Origin: Sphingomonadales bacterium
Lineage (GTDB): Bacteria > Pseudomonadota > Alphaproteobacteria > Sphingomonadales > CAKZYD01
Reading direction: 5' to 3'
Length of the DNA: 43,588 bases
NCBI GenBank assembly: GCA_050114795.1
Contig: JASFRS010000001.1
Span: 1-43,588 of the forward strand
The notes below the pieces were generated by a model that was not told where the DNA came from, ran no database searches, and saw only the letters and a program-made list of their open reading frames with translations. How positions within the stretch are numbered: the first letter of the stretch is position 1; each line of letters starts with the position of its first letter. Below are positions 1 to 13,067 of the stretch, one piece after another. Position numbers and translations under genes: made by a program.

Positions 1-3559
<3,559 letters not shown>

Positions 3560-3640
3560 AAACAGAGCCTTTTCCGAAATTGAATTTTGGAAATCCTAAG
3601 GCTTTCCGAACAAATGAGCAATCCAGGTTGGAATTATTAT

Positions 3641-3659
3641 ATTTGTGCATTGCACACAT
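3641..3659. promoter_or_regulatory. Palindromic motif copy 1: ATTTGTGC-ATT-GCACACAT (7/8 arm match)
   Basis: Read directly. It lies in the AT-rich 240-bp gap between the divergent cyclophilin gene and the hypothetical gene. It is near-identical (18/20 over TATTTGTGCATnGCACAnAT) to the copy at 3910-3929. Confidence 0.45.
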
Positions 3660-3800
3660 CCATAATTGATAGATAAGAAAAAGTTATGTATGCAGTTTTT
3701 GCATATCTATAATGCGATTTTGTGTTCTGGAAATTGCATAAACAGGAGCCTATATGCACATCATGAAATGAACAAGGGCAAGACTTTAGGAGCTTTTGAG

Positions 3801-4151
3801 ATGTTGAGCCTGTTAATTGCGCGTTTGAGTTTATTCGTTGATCGTTTGGCACCTTATGCCTTTTTGGATCTAATGCGTGATAAAGGCATGATCCCAAGTG
3901 AGACCCCGTTATTTGTGCATCGCACAAATGCTGAGGTCGAGAATGCGGCGCTTTGGACTGGCCTCCGCCAGTGGTTCAGTGGTCACGATTATGACCTTAT
4001 CGATTTGGTCATGGATGGCATTGCTGCTAAAGCCGCCCGTCAAGCTGCCCAGCCACAGGCAGAAGTGGTCAGCCTACGTAATCAGGCACGTGTCATTCGC
4101 CGCCGTGGTCGTGCGCCGCTTCGTGCTGAAAGCTGGCTTGCAGCCGCTTAA
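3801..4151 (+). CDS. Hypothetical protein (116 aa with this start)
   Basis: The track ORF 3666-4151 starts at a TTG inside an AT-rich stretch. ATG 3801 has a good AGGAG (3788-3792) 8 nt upstream; ATG 3768 is an alternative. The protein (MLSLLIARLSLFVDRLAPYAFLDLMRDKG...RRRGRAPLRAESWLAAA) looks coding, but I do not recognise the family. Confidence 0.5.
   Translation: MLSLLIARLSLFVDRLAPYAFLDLMRDKGMIPSETPLFVHRTNAEVENAALWTGLRQWFSGHDYDLIDLVMDGIAAKAARQAAQPQAEVVSLRNQARVIRRRGRAPLRAESWLAAA
3911..3929. promoter_or_regulatory. Palindromic motif copy 2: ATTTGTGC-ATC-GCACAAAT (perfect 8+3+8)
   Basis: Read directly. It lies about 110 nt inside the hypothetical CDS, exactly 270 bp from copy 1. Confidence 0.45.
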
Positions 4152-4211
4152 GAATTTATCCTGCACCTGACCTCTCTCAAAGTCAGATGTATCCTCCCCG
4201 CTAGTCAACCG

Positions 4212-5117
4212 CTAGCATTTAACTAGGGTCAGTGTCGGCCAATCGCCCACGCTGACCCTTTTTTCTTCCCGCCACCCGTAGCTTCCATAGGCCTCTAAGA
4301 CCTTGTTGGCTTGTGTGGAGAGTATCCCGGATAGAATGATGCGCCCTTTGGGGTCGGCCAGGGCTGTTATAGCCTCTGCCATATCGCATAATGGCTCGGC
4401 TAAAATATTTGCAATAATCAGCGGGTAGGGTGCGTGGCGACGAATGGCTTCATCCTCCGCGCCATTCGCCGTGACGGGGAGGACGCCGGGATTATCTAAT
4501 GTTTCAACACAGGCCACGCTATTGACTTCTGCGTTTTCAAGCGCAGTTTCAACGGCGATGGGGTCAATATCACTCATCACCACAGGGATTTGCCAGGCTT
4601 TGGCGATGGCGAGCGCCAGCACGCCTGACCCTGTTCCTATATCCAAGGCGTGACTGATAGTGAAATCATCTGCTAAGCCGTCTAGGGTTTCCAAACATCC
4701 ATGAGTCGTTTCATGACGCCCGGTGCCGAAGGCTTGACCGGCTTCAATCAGTAATCCGATATATTCTGGCTTTAAAGTATCGGCTGCGTGAGAACCATAG
4801 ACATGAAATCGACCCGCAGTAATCGGTGGCAGCATTGATTGACTTAAAGACACCCAGTCAGTTTCTGGTAGAGCTTCGATGACAAGCGTATTCGCTATGC
4901 CCTCATCAAATGCCGTGTTTAAAGCTTCAAATAGGGCATCGCGCTCGGGCTGGCCGTAATAAAAAGCCTGAACTACATAAGTAGAGGGGTCTTCTTCCTT
5001 GGCAAAGGCAGCAATGCTGGGCGGGAGGTCATTGACTATATGGGCCTCCATAACCGCTTCAACGGCAGGGGCCAGATCGCGGGGAACCGTTACTAAAGCC
5101 CGCCATTCATTGCTCAT
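4212..5117 (-). CDS. prmA: Ribosomal protein L11 methyltransferase
   Basis: 301 aa. SAM motif ALDIGTGSGVLALAIAK, downstream SDIDP and IIANILA motifs, PrmA-type N-terminal domain. Starts 3 nt after the uvrD stop, so probably one operon. Confidence 0.88.
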   Translation of the reverse strand: MSNEWRALVTVPRDLAPAVEAVMEAHIVNDLPPSIAAFAKEEDPSTYVVQAFYYGQPERDALFEALNTAFDEGIANTLVIEALPETDWVSLSQSMLPPITAGRFHVYGSHAADTLKPEYIGLLIEAGQAFGTGRHETTHGCLETLDGLADDFTISHALDIGTGSGVLALAIAKAWQIPVVMSDIDPIAVETALENAEVNSVACVETLDNPGVLPVTANGAEDEAIRRHAPYPLIIANILAEPLCDMAEAITALADPKGRIILSGILSTQANKVLEAYGSYGWREEKRVSVGDWPTLTLVKC

Positions 5118-5120
5118 GAT

Positions 5121-7415
5121 TCATCCTTTGGATACAAAACTATCCAGAACGCGTTTGCGCCCCGAATGTTCAAAATTGATAGTCAGGCGGTCACCGTCGA
5201 CTTCTTCGACTTCGCCATAACCGAATTTGTCGTGGAACGCGCGGTCGCCGACATTGAAATCACTCTTTTTCTTTGTGGGAGACAACCGCTCTGCCTTGCC
5301 GTCAATGATTTGTCCCCAGCGCTTTTGTTTGGGTGGTCGAAAATCATTGCGCATGCCACCACGCGGTGGCGACCATTGGCGATCGCGTTGCCAGTTCTGG
5401 GATGATCCTCCGTAAAGTCCGCGATTTGTGACCAGTTCAACATGATCCTGGGGTAGGTCCTCGATAAAGCGGGACGGCAAAGCGGCCTGCCATTTGCCAT
5501 AAAGAATGCGATTTGCGGCAAAAAGGATCATGGCGTGTTTGCGTGCGCGTGTGAGCCCTACATAGGCCAGCCTGCGTTCTTCTTCCAGAGCTGCTTGCCC
5601 ACCGTCATCTAAAGCTCTTTGGTTTGGAAATAGACCCTCTTCCCAACCAGCGAGAAAGACACGGTCAAATTCAAGACCTTTGGCGGAATGAAGGGTCATG
5701 AGCGATATTTTTGCTTCGCCCTGGGAGGCGTCATTTTCCATGACCAGCGAAATATGTTCCAGAAATCCGCCCAAATCGTCAAATTCCGCCATAGCGCGGA
5801 CCAATTCTTGTAGATTTTCAAGGCGGCCTTGGGAATCCGGTGACTTATCCGCCATCCACATTGCGGTGTAGCCGGATTCCTCCAACACCATTTCCGCAAG
5901 TTCTGGATGAGGCATGGTTTCTAATGCAGAACGCCAACGATCAAAATCGTCCATCAGGCCAGCCAGAGACGTGCGCGCGCGTTTGGAAATTTCATCCGTT
6001 TCAACAATCGCCACGGCGGCATCATGAAGGCTGATATTCTGCGCCCGGGCGAGGTTGAACACTGTCTGCACTGTCTTATCGCCCAGACCTCGTTTTGGTA
6101 TATTGATGATGCGTTCCAAAGCTAGGTCATCAGCGCTTTGGGCAATGACCCGGAAATAGGCGAGCGCGTCGCGAATTTCCTTGCGCTCATAAAAGCGCGG
6201 GCCACCAACCACACGATAGGGTAGGCCAATGCTTAAAAACCGATCCTCAAAGGACCGCATCTGGCTCGTTGCACGAACTAACACCGCCATTTCGGATGGG
6301 CTTTCCCCATCTCGCCTTGCAGCCTCTATGGTTTCTGCAACAGTGCGGGCCTCTTCTTCGCCGTCCCATACACCGCGAATTTGAACCTTTTCCCCTTGAT
6401 CACCATCGGTCCAAAGCTCTTTACCCAGCCGCTCCTGGTTGGTTGCAATAAGGCCGGAGGCTGCGGAAAGAATGTGCTGATGTGAGCGGTAATTTTGCTC
6501 CAATCGGATGACTTTCGCGCCGGGAAAGTCTTTTTCAAAGCGTAGTATATTGCCGACTTCCGCACCACGCCAACCGTAGATGGACTGATCATCATCGCCG
6601 ACACAGCAGATATTATGGTGCTTCTGGGCCAAGAGCCTAAGCCAAAGATATTGCGCGACATTGGTGTCCTGATATTCATCCACCATGATGTATTTAAAGC
6701 GCTGCTGATAATTGTTCAGAACATCACTATGTTTCTGAAATAGGGTGATATTATGCAGTAGCAAATCCCCAAAATCGCAGGCGTTGAGGACCTTCAGCCG
6801 GTCCTGATAGGCGCGATAATATTTCTGTCCAAGGCCGTCGGCATATTGTGCGCTGTGTGCGCTTGAAACCTGTTCCGGCGTCCAACCACGGTTTTTCCAA
6901 CTGTCGATGAGGCCAGCAAGCAATCGCGCGGGCCAGCGTTTATCGTCAATATTATCTGCTTGGAGTATTTGCTTGAGCAGGCGGATTTGATCGTCGGTAT
7001 CCAGGATTGTGAAATTGGATTTCAAGCCGATCATTTCCGCATGGCGACGCAGTATTTTAGCGGCAATGGAGTGAAAAGTGCCAAGCCAGGGCATGCCTTC
7101 AACAGCCGGGCCAATGATACGACCTACACGCTCTTGCATTTCCCGTGCGGCTTTATTGGTGAAAGTCACCAATAGAACCTGCCCTGGAAAGGCATGATTC
7201 GTGGAAAGAATATGGGCAAGCCTTGTGGTGAGAGCGCGTGTTTTCCCCGTCCCCGCACCGGCAAGCATGAGCACAGGCCCGTCCAATGTCTCCACCGCTT
7301 CTCTTTGCGGCGGATTAAGGCCTTTCAAATAAAAGGGTTCCGTCGACGCAGCGGTTGCGGGCGCGGTAGTGGGGAAATCATCGTCAAGGTCAAAGGGATC
7401 ATGCATAATGGGCAT
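5121..7415 (-). CDS. uvrD: ATP-dependent DNA helicase UvrD/PcrA family (DNA helicase II)
   Basis: 764 aa. Walker A AGAGTGKT, motif II VDEYQDTN, QNYRS, and TLHSAKGLEF...VGLTRA. C-terminal small domain GDRAFHDKFGYGEVEEVDGDRLTINF, common in alphaproteobacterial UvrD. Confidence 0.92.
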   Translation of the reverse strand: MPIMHDPFDLDDDFPTTAPATAASTEPFYLKGLNPPQREAVETLDGPVLMLAGAGTGKTRALTTRLAHILSTNHAFPGQVLLVTFTNKAAREMQERVGRIIGPAVEGMPWLGTFHSIAAKILRRHAEMIGLKSNFTILDTDDQIRLLKQILQADNIDDKRWPARLLAGLIDSWKNRGWTPEQVSSAHSAQYADGLGQKYYRAYQDRLKVLNACDFGDLLLHNITLFQKHSDVLNNYQQRFKYIMVDEYQDTNVAQYLWLRLLAQKHHNICCVGDDDQSIYGWRGAEVGNILRFEKDFPGAKVIRLEQNYRSHQHILSAASGLIATNQERLGKELWTDGDQGEKVQIRGVWDGEEEARTVAETIEAARRDGESPSEMAVLVRATSQMRSFEDRFLSIGLPYRVVGGPRFYERKEIRDALAYFRVIAQSADDLALERIINIPKRGLGDKTVQTVFNLARAQNISLHDAAVAIVETDEISKRARTSLAGLMDDFDRWRSALETMPHPELAEMVLEESGYTAMWMADKSPDSQGRLENLQELVRAMAEFDDLGGFLEHISLVMENDASQGEAKISLMTLHSAKGLEFDRVFLAGWEEGLFPNQRALDDGGQAALEEERRLAYVGLTRARKHAMILFAANRILYGKWQAALPSRFIEDLPQDHVELVTNRGLYGGSSQNWQRDRQWSPPRGGMRNDFRPPKQKRWGQIIDGKAERLSPTKKKSDFNVGDRAFHDKFGYGEVEEVDGDRLTINFEHSGRKRVLDSFVSKG

Positions 7416-7462
7416 TCTATAGCACGGCTGCGCTACACTGAAAGCGGCAAATCAGAAGTTTC

Positions 7463-9247
7463 TTAATCGCCCTGATTATGCCGCTTCTCTTCAAGTAAAA
7501 GGTGGTTGTACAGCATGAGCACATTTGTTTTGTGTATGACGCCGACAACCCGGCGTTCTTCATTGTCGTTGAGGACCGGTAGCATATCCTCGCCCTTCTC
7601 TGTCAGTAGAAGGAGGGCATAGTCCATGCTGTGGCTGCTTAGGACATAGGGGGCTGAAGATCGAACGAGATCGCTTGCCCGCACCAAGTCATCAAGCTCT
7701 TGATCTGTCACATCATCTCCCATGTCTTTAGGGCAAATAGTCCCAACAAAGGAGCCACTTTGACGAACAACGACCAAAGAGCCGCGGGTGAGGCGTGCGA
7801 GTAATGCACGCACCCTTTGTAAACTCGCATCTTCGGGAAGAATCAGAAACTCTTCATCCATCTGGTCGCCGACTTTGATTTGTCGTAAAGCCAGCCTTGC
7901 TTCGCCTTCATCAATGTCTAATCCGCGGCGGCGGAATTGTGCTTTGAAAAAGCTGGGGCCGAGGAAACGCGCGCTGGTCACACTGGCAACCGCGGTCGCA
8001 GCCATAAGCGCTAAGGTGATTTGGTAATCACCAGTCAGTTCAAAAACGATTAAAACTGTTGAAATTGGTGCGCCAAGAACCGCGCCTGCTACAGCGCCCA
8101 TGCCGACAATGGCATAAAGCCCGTGTGTAGAGGCTCCTTCGGGAAATACTGCAGCGACCACCAGCCCGAAGGCACCGCCCGTCATTGCGCCCATGAACAA
8201 GGATGGTGAAAAGACACCTGTACCAAAACGGGCGCTCAGGCAAAGAGCCGTTAAAGCCATTTTAGCTGCAAGCAGAACCAGCAGCGCTAGAAAGTCATAA
8301 TTTTCTTTCAAGGCTGCGTCTGTCGCGCCATAACCAACCCCCAATAGCATAGGCAAGAATAAACCGATGATTCCAACGGCGAGCCCAGCTAAAGGCGGAT
8401 TCGCCCAACGAGGAATAGGCAGTCGGGCTAATTGGTCATCTGCAAAAAAGACAGCACGAATAAAGCCTGCAGCGACGAGAGCGCTAATACCTCCCAAAAT
8501 CAAAAAGGCAGGCACTTCAGTAAAGCTATTGATGGAATAACCCGGCAATATGAAAGCTGGATGATCGCCGATATGGATGCGTGTGATGATTGTTCCCATT
8601 ACGGCAGCAATCACGATGGGGGCAAAGCTGGCGATTGCATAGCTGCCCAAGACCACTTCAAGCGCGAAAAATACACCTGCTAAAGGCGCGTTAAAAGATG
8701 CGGCGATAGCGGCTGCAACGCCGCAGCCCAAAAGCGTACGCGCCATTGCAGGCGGTGCTTTTAGCTTTTGTGCGATCAAGGATGCAAGCGTTGCGCCTAA
8801 ATGCACGACCGGACCTTCCCGCCCAACTGGGGCGCCCGTGCCCAATGCGGTCGCGGCAACCAGGGCACTTGATAAACCGTCGCGTGTTTTAATTTCACCG
8901 GTGCTGATAACATTCGCTTGAATGACTTCGGCAACACTATGCGGGGCACCGCCGTTCATAAAGAATCGAAGGACCAATGCTACGGCGAGTCCCCCTAAAA
9001 CAGGAGTGAAAAGCACCTGCCACCAGGGAAGAGCGGCTACAACATCGGTCATGTTCTGCTCAGGGGTCAAAAAACCGATTTTTTGAATAAAAGCAATGGC
9101 TCCACGAAAGGCAAGCGCGGCATAGCCGGTGATCACACCCGTGATCAATGCTACAATTCCCGCGGCAAACGGGTCCTGTGCTGGGCTTTGAAATCGCCGC
9201 ACCGCTTTTAAAGTGGTTGATATTTTCTGTCGAAACCGGTTGTCCAT
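7463..9247 (-). CDS. ClC-family voltage-gated chloride channel/antiporter with C-terminal CBS pair
   Basis: 594 aa. Many TM helices, ClC selectivity motifs GREGPVVHLG and GTGVFSPSLF, and GAPIS. The C-terminal soluble region is of about 150 aa with CBS-like repeats. Confidence 0.88.
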   Translation of the reverse strand: MDNRFRQKISTTLKAVRRFQSPAQDPFAAGIVALITGVITGYAALAFRGAIAFIQKIGFLTPEQNMTDVVAALPWWQVLFTPVLGGLAVALVLRFFMNGGAPHSVAEVIQANVISTGEIKTRDGLSSALVAATALGTGAPVGREGPVVHLGATLASLIAQKLKAPPAMARTLLGCGVAAAIAASFNAPLAGVFFALEVVLGSYAIASFAPIVIAAVMGTIITRIHIGDHPAFILPGYSINSFTEVPAFLILGGISALVAAGFIRAVFFADDQLARLPIPRWANPPLAGLAVGIIGLFLPMLLGVGYGATDAALKENYDFLALLVLLAAKMALTALCLSARFGTGVFSPSLFMGAMTGGAFGLVVAAVFPEGASTHGLYAIVGMGAVAGAVLGAPISTVLIVFELTGDYQITLALMAATAVASVTSARFLGPSFFKAQFRRRGLDIDEGEARLALRQIKVGDQMDEEFLILPEDASLQRVRALLARLTRGSLVVVRQSGSFVGTICPKDMGDDVTDQELDDLVRASDLVRSSAPYVLSSHSMDYALLLLTEKGEDMLPVLNDNEERRVVGVIHKTNVLMLYNHLLLEEKRHNQGD

Positions 9248-9369
9248 ATAAGGTTACTTATGACGTGTCAAATGAGGTTGCAAAGGCTTTTATCACCTTT
9301 TGACCTTGAAATGATTATAGGCTTAAGTGCTATGAAGGGCTTCAAAAAAATGGAATTGGGCTTGGGAAG

Positions 9370-12300
9370 ATGCGCAAATTCTTAATTCTGATTGCAAGTG
9401 CAATTACGGCTGTTGTCGCAGTGGCTCTGGTCGTTCCTTTGTTTATTGATGTCGAGAACTATAGAGGCGATATCATAACAGCAGTGGAAAAGGCCAGTGG
9501 GCGGGAGTTTGAGTTAAATGGACCGATATCTCTAAGCCTGTTGCCAAGTCCAAAGGTCTCCGTGCAAAAAGTGGTTCTTAAAAGTCCGTCCGGTTTTCAA
9601 AGCGAAGACTTCATTACAGCTGAGCGTATTGATGTAGCTGTCGCCCTTTTCCCACTTTTGTCAAAACATATTGAGGTTCGTTATCTCGACCTGATCAGCC
9701 CGCGCATCGCACTTGAGAAAAATGCTCAAGGTGTCGGTAACTGGGTCTTCGATATGGGAGAATCAGAAGGCGGTGGTGATGCGGCATCACCACAGCTCGG
9801 CGTCAAGGACCTGCGTATTGAAGGTGGCTATGTCAGCTATTTAAATGCCGCCAGCGGACAGTTTGAAGAAACAAGCGATATTGACGTTCGGTTGTCTCTT
9901 GCGTCCCTGAATGGCCCATTAGAAATGACGGGGGAATTGGCTGCGCGCGGCCTTGATTTGAATTTTGATATAGATCTGGGGCGCTTGGACCGATCTGATA
10001 GTGATATTTCCATTCGACTAAGTGTCGGTGATGGCCTGTTAGCTTTGTTCTTTGATGGCTATGGAGACATCAAAACTGGCCGTCTTACAGGTGATTTGGA
10101 TATTCGGGGCAATAACTTACCAACCCTTGCGCGCACTCTTAATCTGGGTACTGGAATGCCCACAGGTTTTGATGTTTTACGCTTGAAAAGCCGCGTTAGC
10201 CTGATTGACCAGCGATTGTCCCTAGCTGATCTGATGTTAGATGTGGGGCCAAACCGGCTTGAAGGCCAATTAGTTGTGGATCTTACAGGGGAGAATAGCA
10301 GCCCCCATTTGCGCGGTGATTTCTTTGCTGTTGATTTGCGTGGTGTTGATAAATCGGCTTCGCGTCTCCCACTTAATGACATGGCATTGAAAGTTAAATT
10401 GGGCCAAGAGGCGGTTGTTGTTGAAGAGGTTAAAGCGAATTTAGTCGGCGGCGGTGTTGCGCAGTTGAAAGGCGCGTGGCGAAATCAGGCATTTGACGGT
10501 GAAATTGGAATTTATCCGGAAAAGCCACGTGAATTGATTTCGGCTTTTGCCAAGGGCGTTTTTGATACGATGCAGGACAGTGCATTTAACCGTCTTGGCT
10601 TGACGTCCTCACTGCATTATGACGTCAATGGCTTGGCATTGGAGCGGTTGAATATCTTATTGGATGAAAACCGTATCCAAGGTTCTGTTGCGGCAAGTCT
10701 TGGGGCACGTCCGCGTTATCGCTTAAACCTGAACGCAGATCAACTGCCGTTGGATCGTTATAATGGTCGAAATATCCCAGCATCTTCGGGAGAGCCAATG
10801 GCGCTGCCGCCCGTATTAAAAACATTTGATGTGGATATGGGGCTGAAAGTCGGTCGCCTTAATTATAAGACTTATGCACTTGAGGATATTGATGTCCGTG
10901 CAGCTTTATCGCAGGGGACATTGACGCTGGATACAGCGAGTATTGGATTTAAGAACAAAGGGCAGATTAGCGCAAAAGGCATTGTGCGAGAAATTGTGGA
11001 CCAACCTCGCGCCGATTTAAGTTTATCGGGGCGCTTCCAGTCTCTTCACCACCTTGTAGGGTTGGCGCAGGTTGAGATTAGCCCTGAAATGAGTAATGCA
11101 GGAACGGTGTCTTTCAATGCGATGCTTTCTGGCACAACTAATGACTTAAGCGTTGATATGACTTCCACAATTGGTGCGTTAAAGGGGGAGATTCGCGGTC
11201 GTTTGCGGGATATTCAGAGTGATGAGCTTCGCTATGACTTCACGCTGAAAGCCGATCATAAGAGTCTTGCTGCATTGCTGGCGCAATTTCAGTTGTTAGA
11301 CAGCGAAAGTGTGAAACCCGGTAAAAATGTCCGCGCTGACATAAGGTTGCGCGGTGCAAAAACGGATGTCACTGCGAGCGGACAAGTAGCCTCGGGTGAG
11401 GGCGTTTTGATCTTAGCCTTTGATCAGTCGGATAGAGGTTTTAGCGCCAGCATAAAGGGCGCAGCGCCAGATACTTATCGTTTCATTCGTGATCTTGGCT
11501 TTGATTTTAGCCCTGAACGTCGTGATTTTGGGGCGATGAACTTAGATTTCGCTTTGGATGGAGATGATCAGAACGCGCAAATCAGCAGGCTATCCGCTAC
11601 TTTTGGGAATATAAATTTCGATGGTAGTGGAACGCTGGATATGACTGGTGAAATCCCCGTTGCGCGTGTTGATATGACTGCGGGAACGCTGGACTTCAAT
11701 GCCTTCTTGCCAAATGTCGATACCGGAGCTAAAGCGGCTGCGGAACAGGGGAGCGCTTTCCGCTGGTCAGAAGAACCTTTCGACTTTGCCTTCCTTGAAC
11801 AGCTTGATGGGGAATTTTCGCTCCAAGCGAAACGTGTGATTGCGCGTGCTTATGATGTTGCGAATGCGCGGTTAAAAATCACCTCTAAAGGCCGCAGTTT
11901 GGCAATTGAAGAGCTATCCGGGGATATCTTTGAGGGTAAGCTTCAAATGACGTCCATGCTGGATGCGAGCAATGTTCCCACATTGAATGCGGATTTAAGC
12001 TTGAGCAACGTATCTGTGGAGAAAGCGACAACCGCCGCCGCTGCTATTGCACCGTTGACCGGAACTATGAATCTGACCGCTAAAATCAAAGGAGCGGGTT
12101 TAAATCAAAAGGCGTTGGTTGCAAATTTGTCCGGTGATGGGCGTTTTGATACGCGCAATGGCGTCATACAGCGCGTAGATATCCCGCGGATTAACAAGCA
12201 GTTCGGGCAGCTTTCCACGGTGAATGATTTTGTGCGTCTGACTGGTTCGGCTCTTGCCGGCGGTCAGACCGCCTATCGTCAGATTGGCTTTGATATCGTC

Positions 12301-12786
12301 ATTCAAAATGGGATTTTGCGAACCCAGAATTTTGCATCAGATATTGATGGTGGTGCAGATGTGGGTCTTGACCTTCGCGTGAACCTTCCTGCGTGGACTG
12401 TAGATGGTAAGGGCAGCTTCCGTTTGCGTGACCATCCTGGTTCACCACCAGTTGGTGTGACTTTGGCAGATAATCTGTCAAACCCGACAATTACTTATCA
12501 AACGAAAGAACTGCAGAAATATATGGGCGTGCGGTTGGGTTCAGCAGTCTTAAAAGGTGTGGTGACTGGAGAGGGTGTTGGTTTGGGTGATTTGCTTCGC
12601 GGTCGTCAGCAACAACCTACAGAAGAGCAACAATCTGCAGAAGAAGAGGCGCCTGTAGATCAGGCCGAACCACAGGAAAATGGCTTGCAGGAGCAGCCCG
12701 CGCCGCAACAGGAAGAGCCTAAGCGTCCTGAAGAGCAGATTAGGGATGTTTTATTGGATATCTTTACGCGGAAAAAACCGAATTAA
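9370..12786 (+). CDS. AsmA-family outer-membrane biogenesis/lipid-transport-like protein
   Basis: 1138 aa. Single N-terminal TM anchor (ILIASAITAVVAVALVVPLFI), then a long beta-rich repetitive body typical of AsmA/TamB-like proteins. E/Q/P-rich C-terminal tail. Confidence 0.8.
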   Translation: MRKFLILIASAITAVVAVALVVPLFIDVENYRGDIITAVEKASGREFELNGPISLSLLPSPKVSVQKVVLKSPSGFQSEDFITAERIDVAVALFPLLSKHIEVRYLDLISPRIALEKNAQGVGNWVFDMGESEGGGDAASPQLGVKDLRIEGGYVSYLNAASGQFEETSDIDVRLSLASLNGPLEMTGELAARGLDLNFDIDLGRLDRSDSDISIRLSVGDGLLALFFDGYGDIKTGRLTGDLDIRGNNLPTLARTLNLGTGMPTGFDVLRLKSRVSLIDQRLSLADLMLDVGPNRLEGQLVVDLTGENSSPHLRGDFFAVDLRGVDKSASRLPLNDMALKVKLGQEAVVVEEVKANLVGGGVAQLKGAWRNQAFDGEIGIYPEKPRELISAFAKGVFDTMQDSAFNRLGLTSSLHYDVNGLALERLNILLDENRIQGSVAASLGARPRYRLNLNADQLPLDRYNGRNIPASSGEPMALPPVLKTFDVDMGLKVGRLNYKTYALEDIDVRAALSQGTLTLDTASIGFKNKGQISAKGIVREIVDQPRADLSLSGRFQSLHHLVGLAQVEISPEMSNAGTVSFNAMLSGTTNDLSVDMTSTIGALKGEIRGRLRDIQSDELRYDFTLKADHKSLAALLAQFQLLDSESVKPGKNVRADIRLRGAKTDVTASGQVASGEGVLILAFDQSDRGFSASIKGAAPDTYRFIRDLGFDFSPERRDFGAMNLDFALDGDDQNAQISRLSATFGNINFDGSGTLDMTGEIPVARVDMTAGTLDFNAFLPNVDTGAKAAAEQGSAFRWSEEPFDFAFLEQLDGEFSLQAKRVIARAYDVANARLKITSKGRSLAIEELSGDIFEGKLQMTSMLDASNVPTLNADLSLSNVSVEKATTAAAAIAPLTGTMNLTAKIKGAGLNQKALVANLSGDGRFDTRNGVIQRVDIPRINKQFGQLSTVNDFVRLTGSALAGGQTAYRQIGFDIVIQNGILRTQNFASDIDGGADVGLDLRVNLPAWTVDGKGSFRLRDHPGSPPVGVTLADNLSNPTITYQTKELQKYMGVRLGSAVLKGVVTGEGVGLGDLLRGRQQQPTEEQQSAEEEAPVDQAEPQENGLQEQPAPQQEEPKRPEEQIRDVLLDIFTRKKPN

Positions 12787-12787
12787 A

Positions 12788-12815
12788 TCATGAGCGCTTT
12801 AAAGTGCGCTCATGA
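12788..12815. terminator. 10-bp perfect hairpin at the asmA / RHH convergent junction (possible bidirectional terminator)
   Basis: TCATGAGCGC (12788-12797), loop TTTAAAGT, GCGCTCATGA (12806-12815). It overlaps the last codons of the RHH gene and has no strong U-tract. Confidence 0.4.
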
Positions 12816-13018
12816 AGCCGTTCAAACAACCAGACACGCAGGGCGCTGGATAAATTCCCCGGTCGCTCTTGATCGATTTTGGTGATGAGCGCATTCAGGC
12901 TTATCGCGTCCTCGTCCGCTGCGTTTTTCAAAGCTTCCCAAAAGATAGGCTCAAGCGATACCGAGGTTCTGTGGCCACTAATAGTGACAGAGCGTTTTAT
13001 GGGTGTCTGGTCATCCAT
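12788..13018 (-). CDS. Ribbon-helix-helix domain protein (RHH_4-like)
   Basis: 76 aa. KRSVTISGHRTSVSLEPIFWEALKNAADEDAISLNALITKID...LSSALRVWL matches the small RHH family often found beside fumC in Alphaproteobacteria. Confidence 0.7.
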   Translation of the reverse strand: MDDQTPIKRSVTISGHRTSVSLEPIFWEALKNAADEDAISLNALITKIDQERPGNLSSALRVWLFERLHERTLKRS

Positions 13019-13067
13019 TTTTTTAGAAGCGGGGGGATCGTCTGACGAACCGCCCCGCCTTTATTCC

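Noticed and set aside
3754-3771. A 5-codon mini-ORF (MHIMK) with a good AGGAG, whose stop overlaps ATG 3768
   Set aside because: It could be a leader peptide, but short ORFs like this are expected by chance in AT-rich DNA, and the main gene has its own better RBS at 3788-3792.
9248-9369. A fluoride (crcB-motif) riboswitch upstream of the ClC gene
   Set aside because: The leader is AT-rich and shows none of the conserved GGnGAUGG / CUGAUGAU-like elements. The channel is the long CBS-containing type rather than the short ClC-F type.
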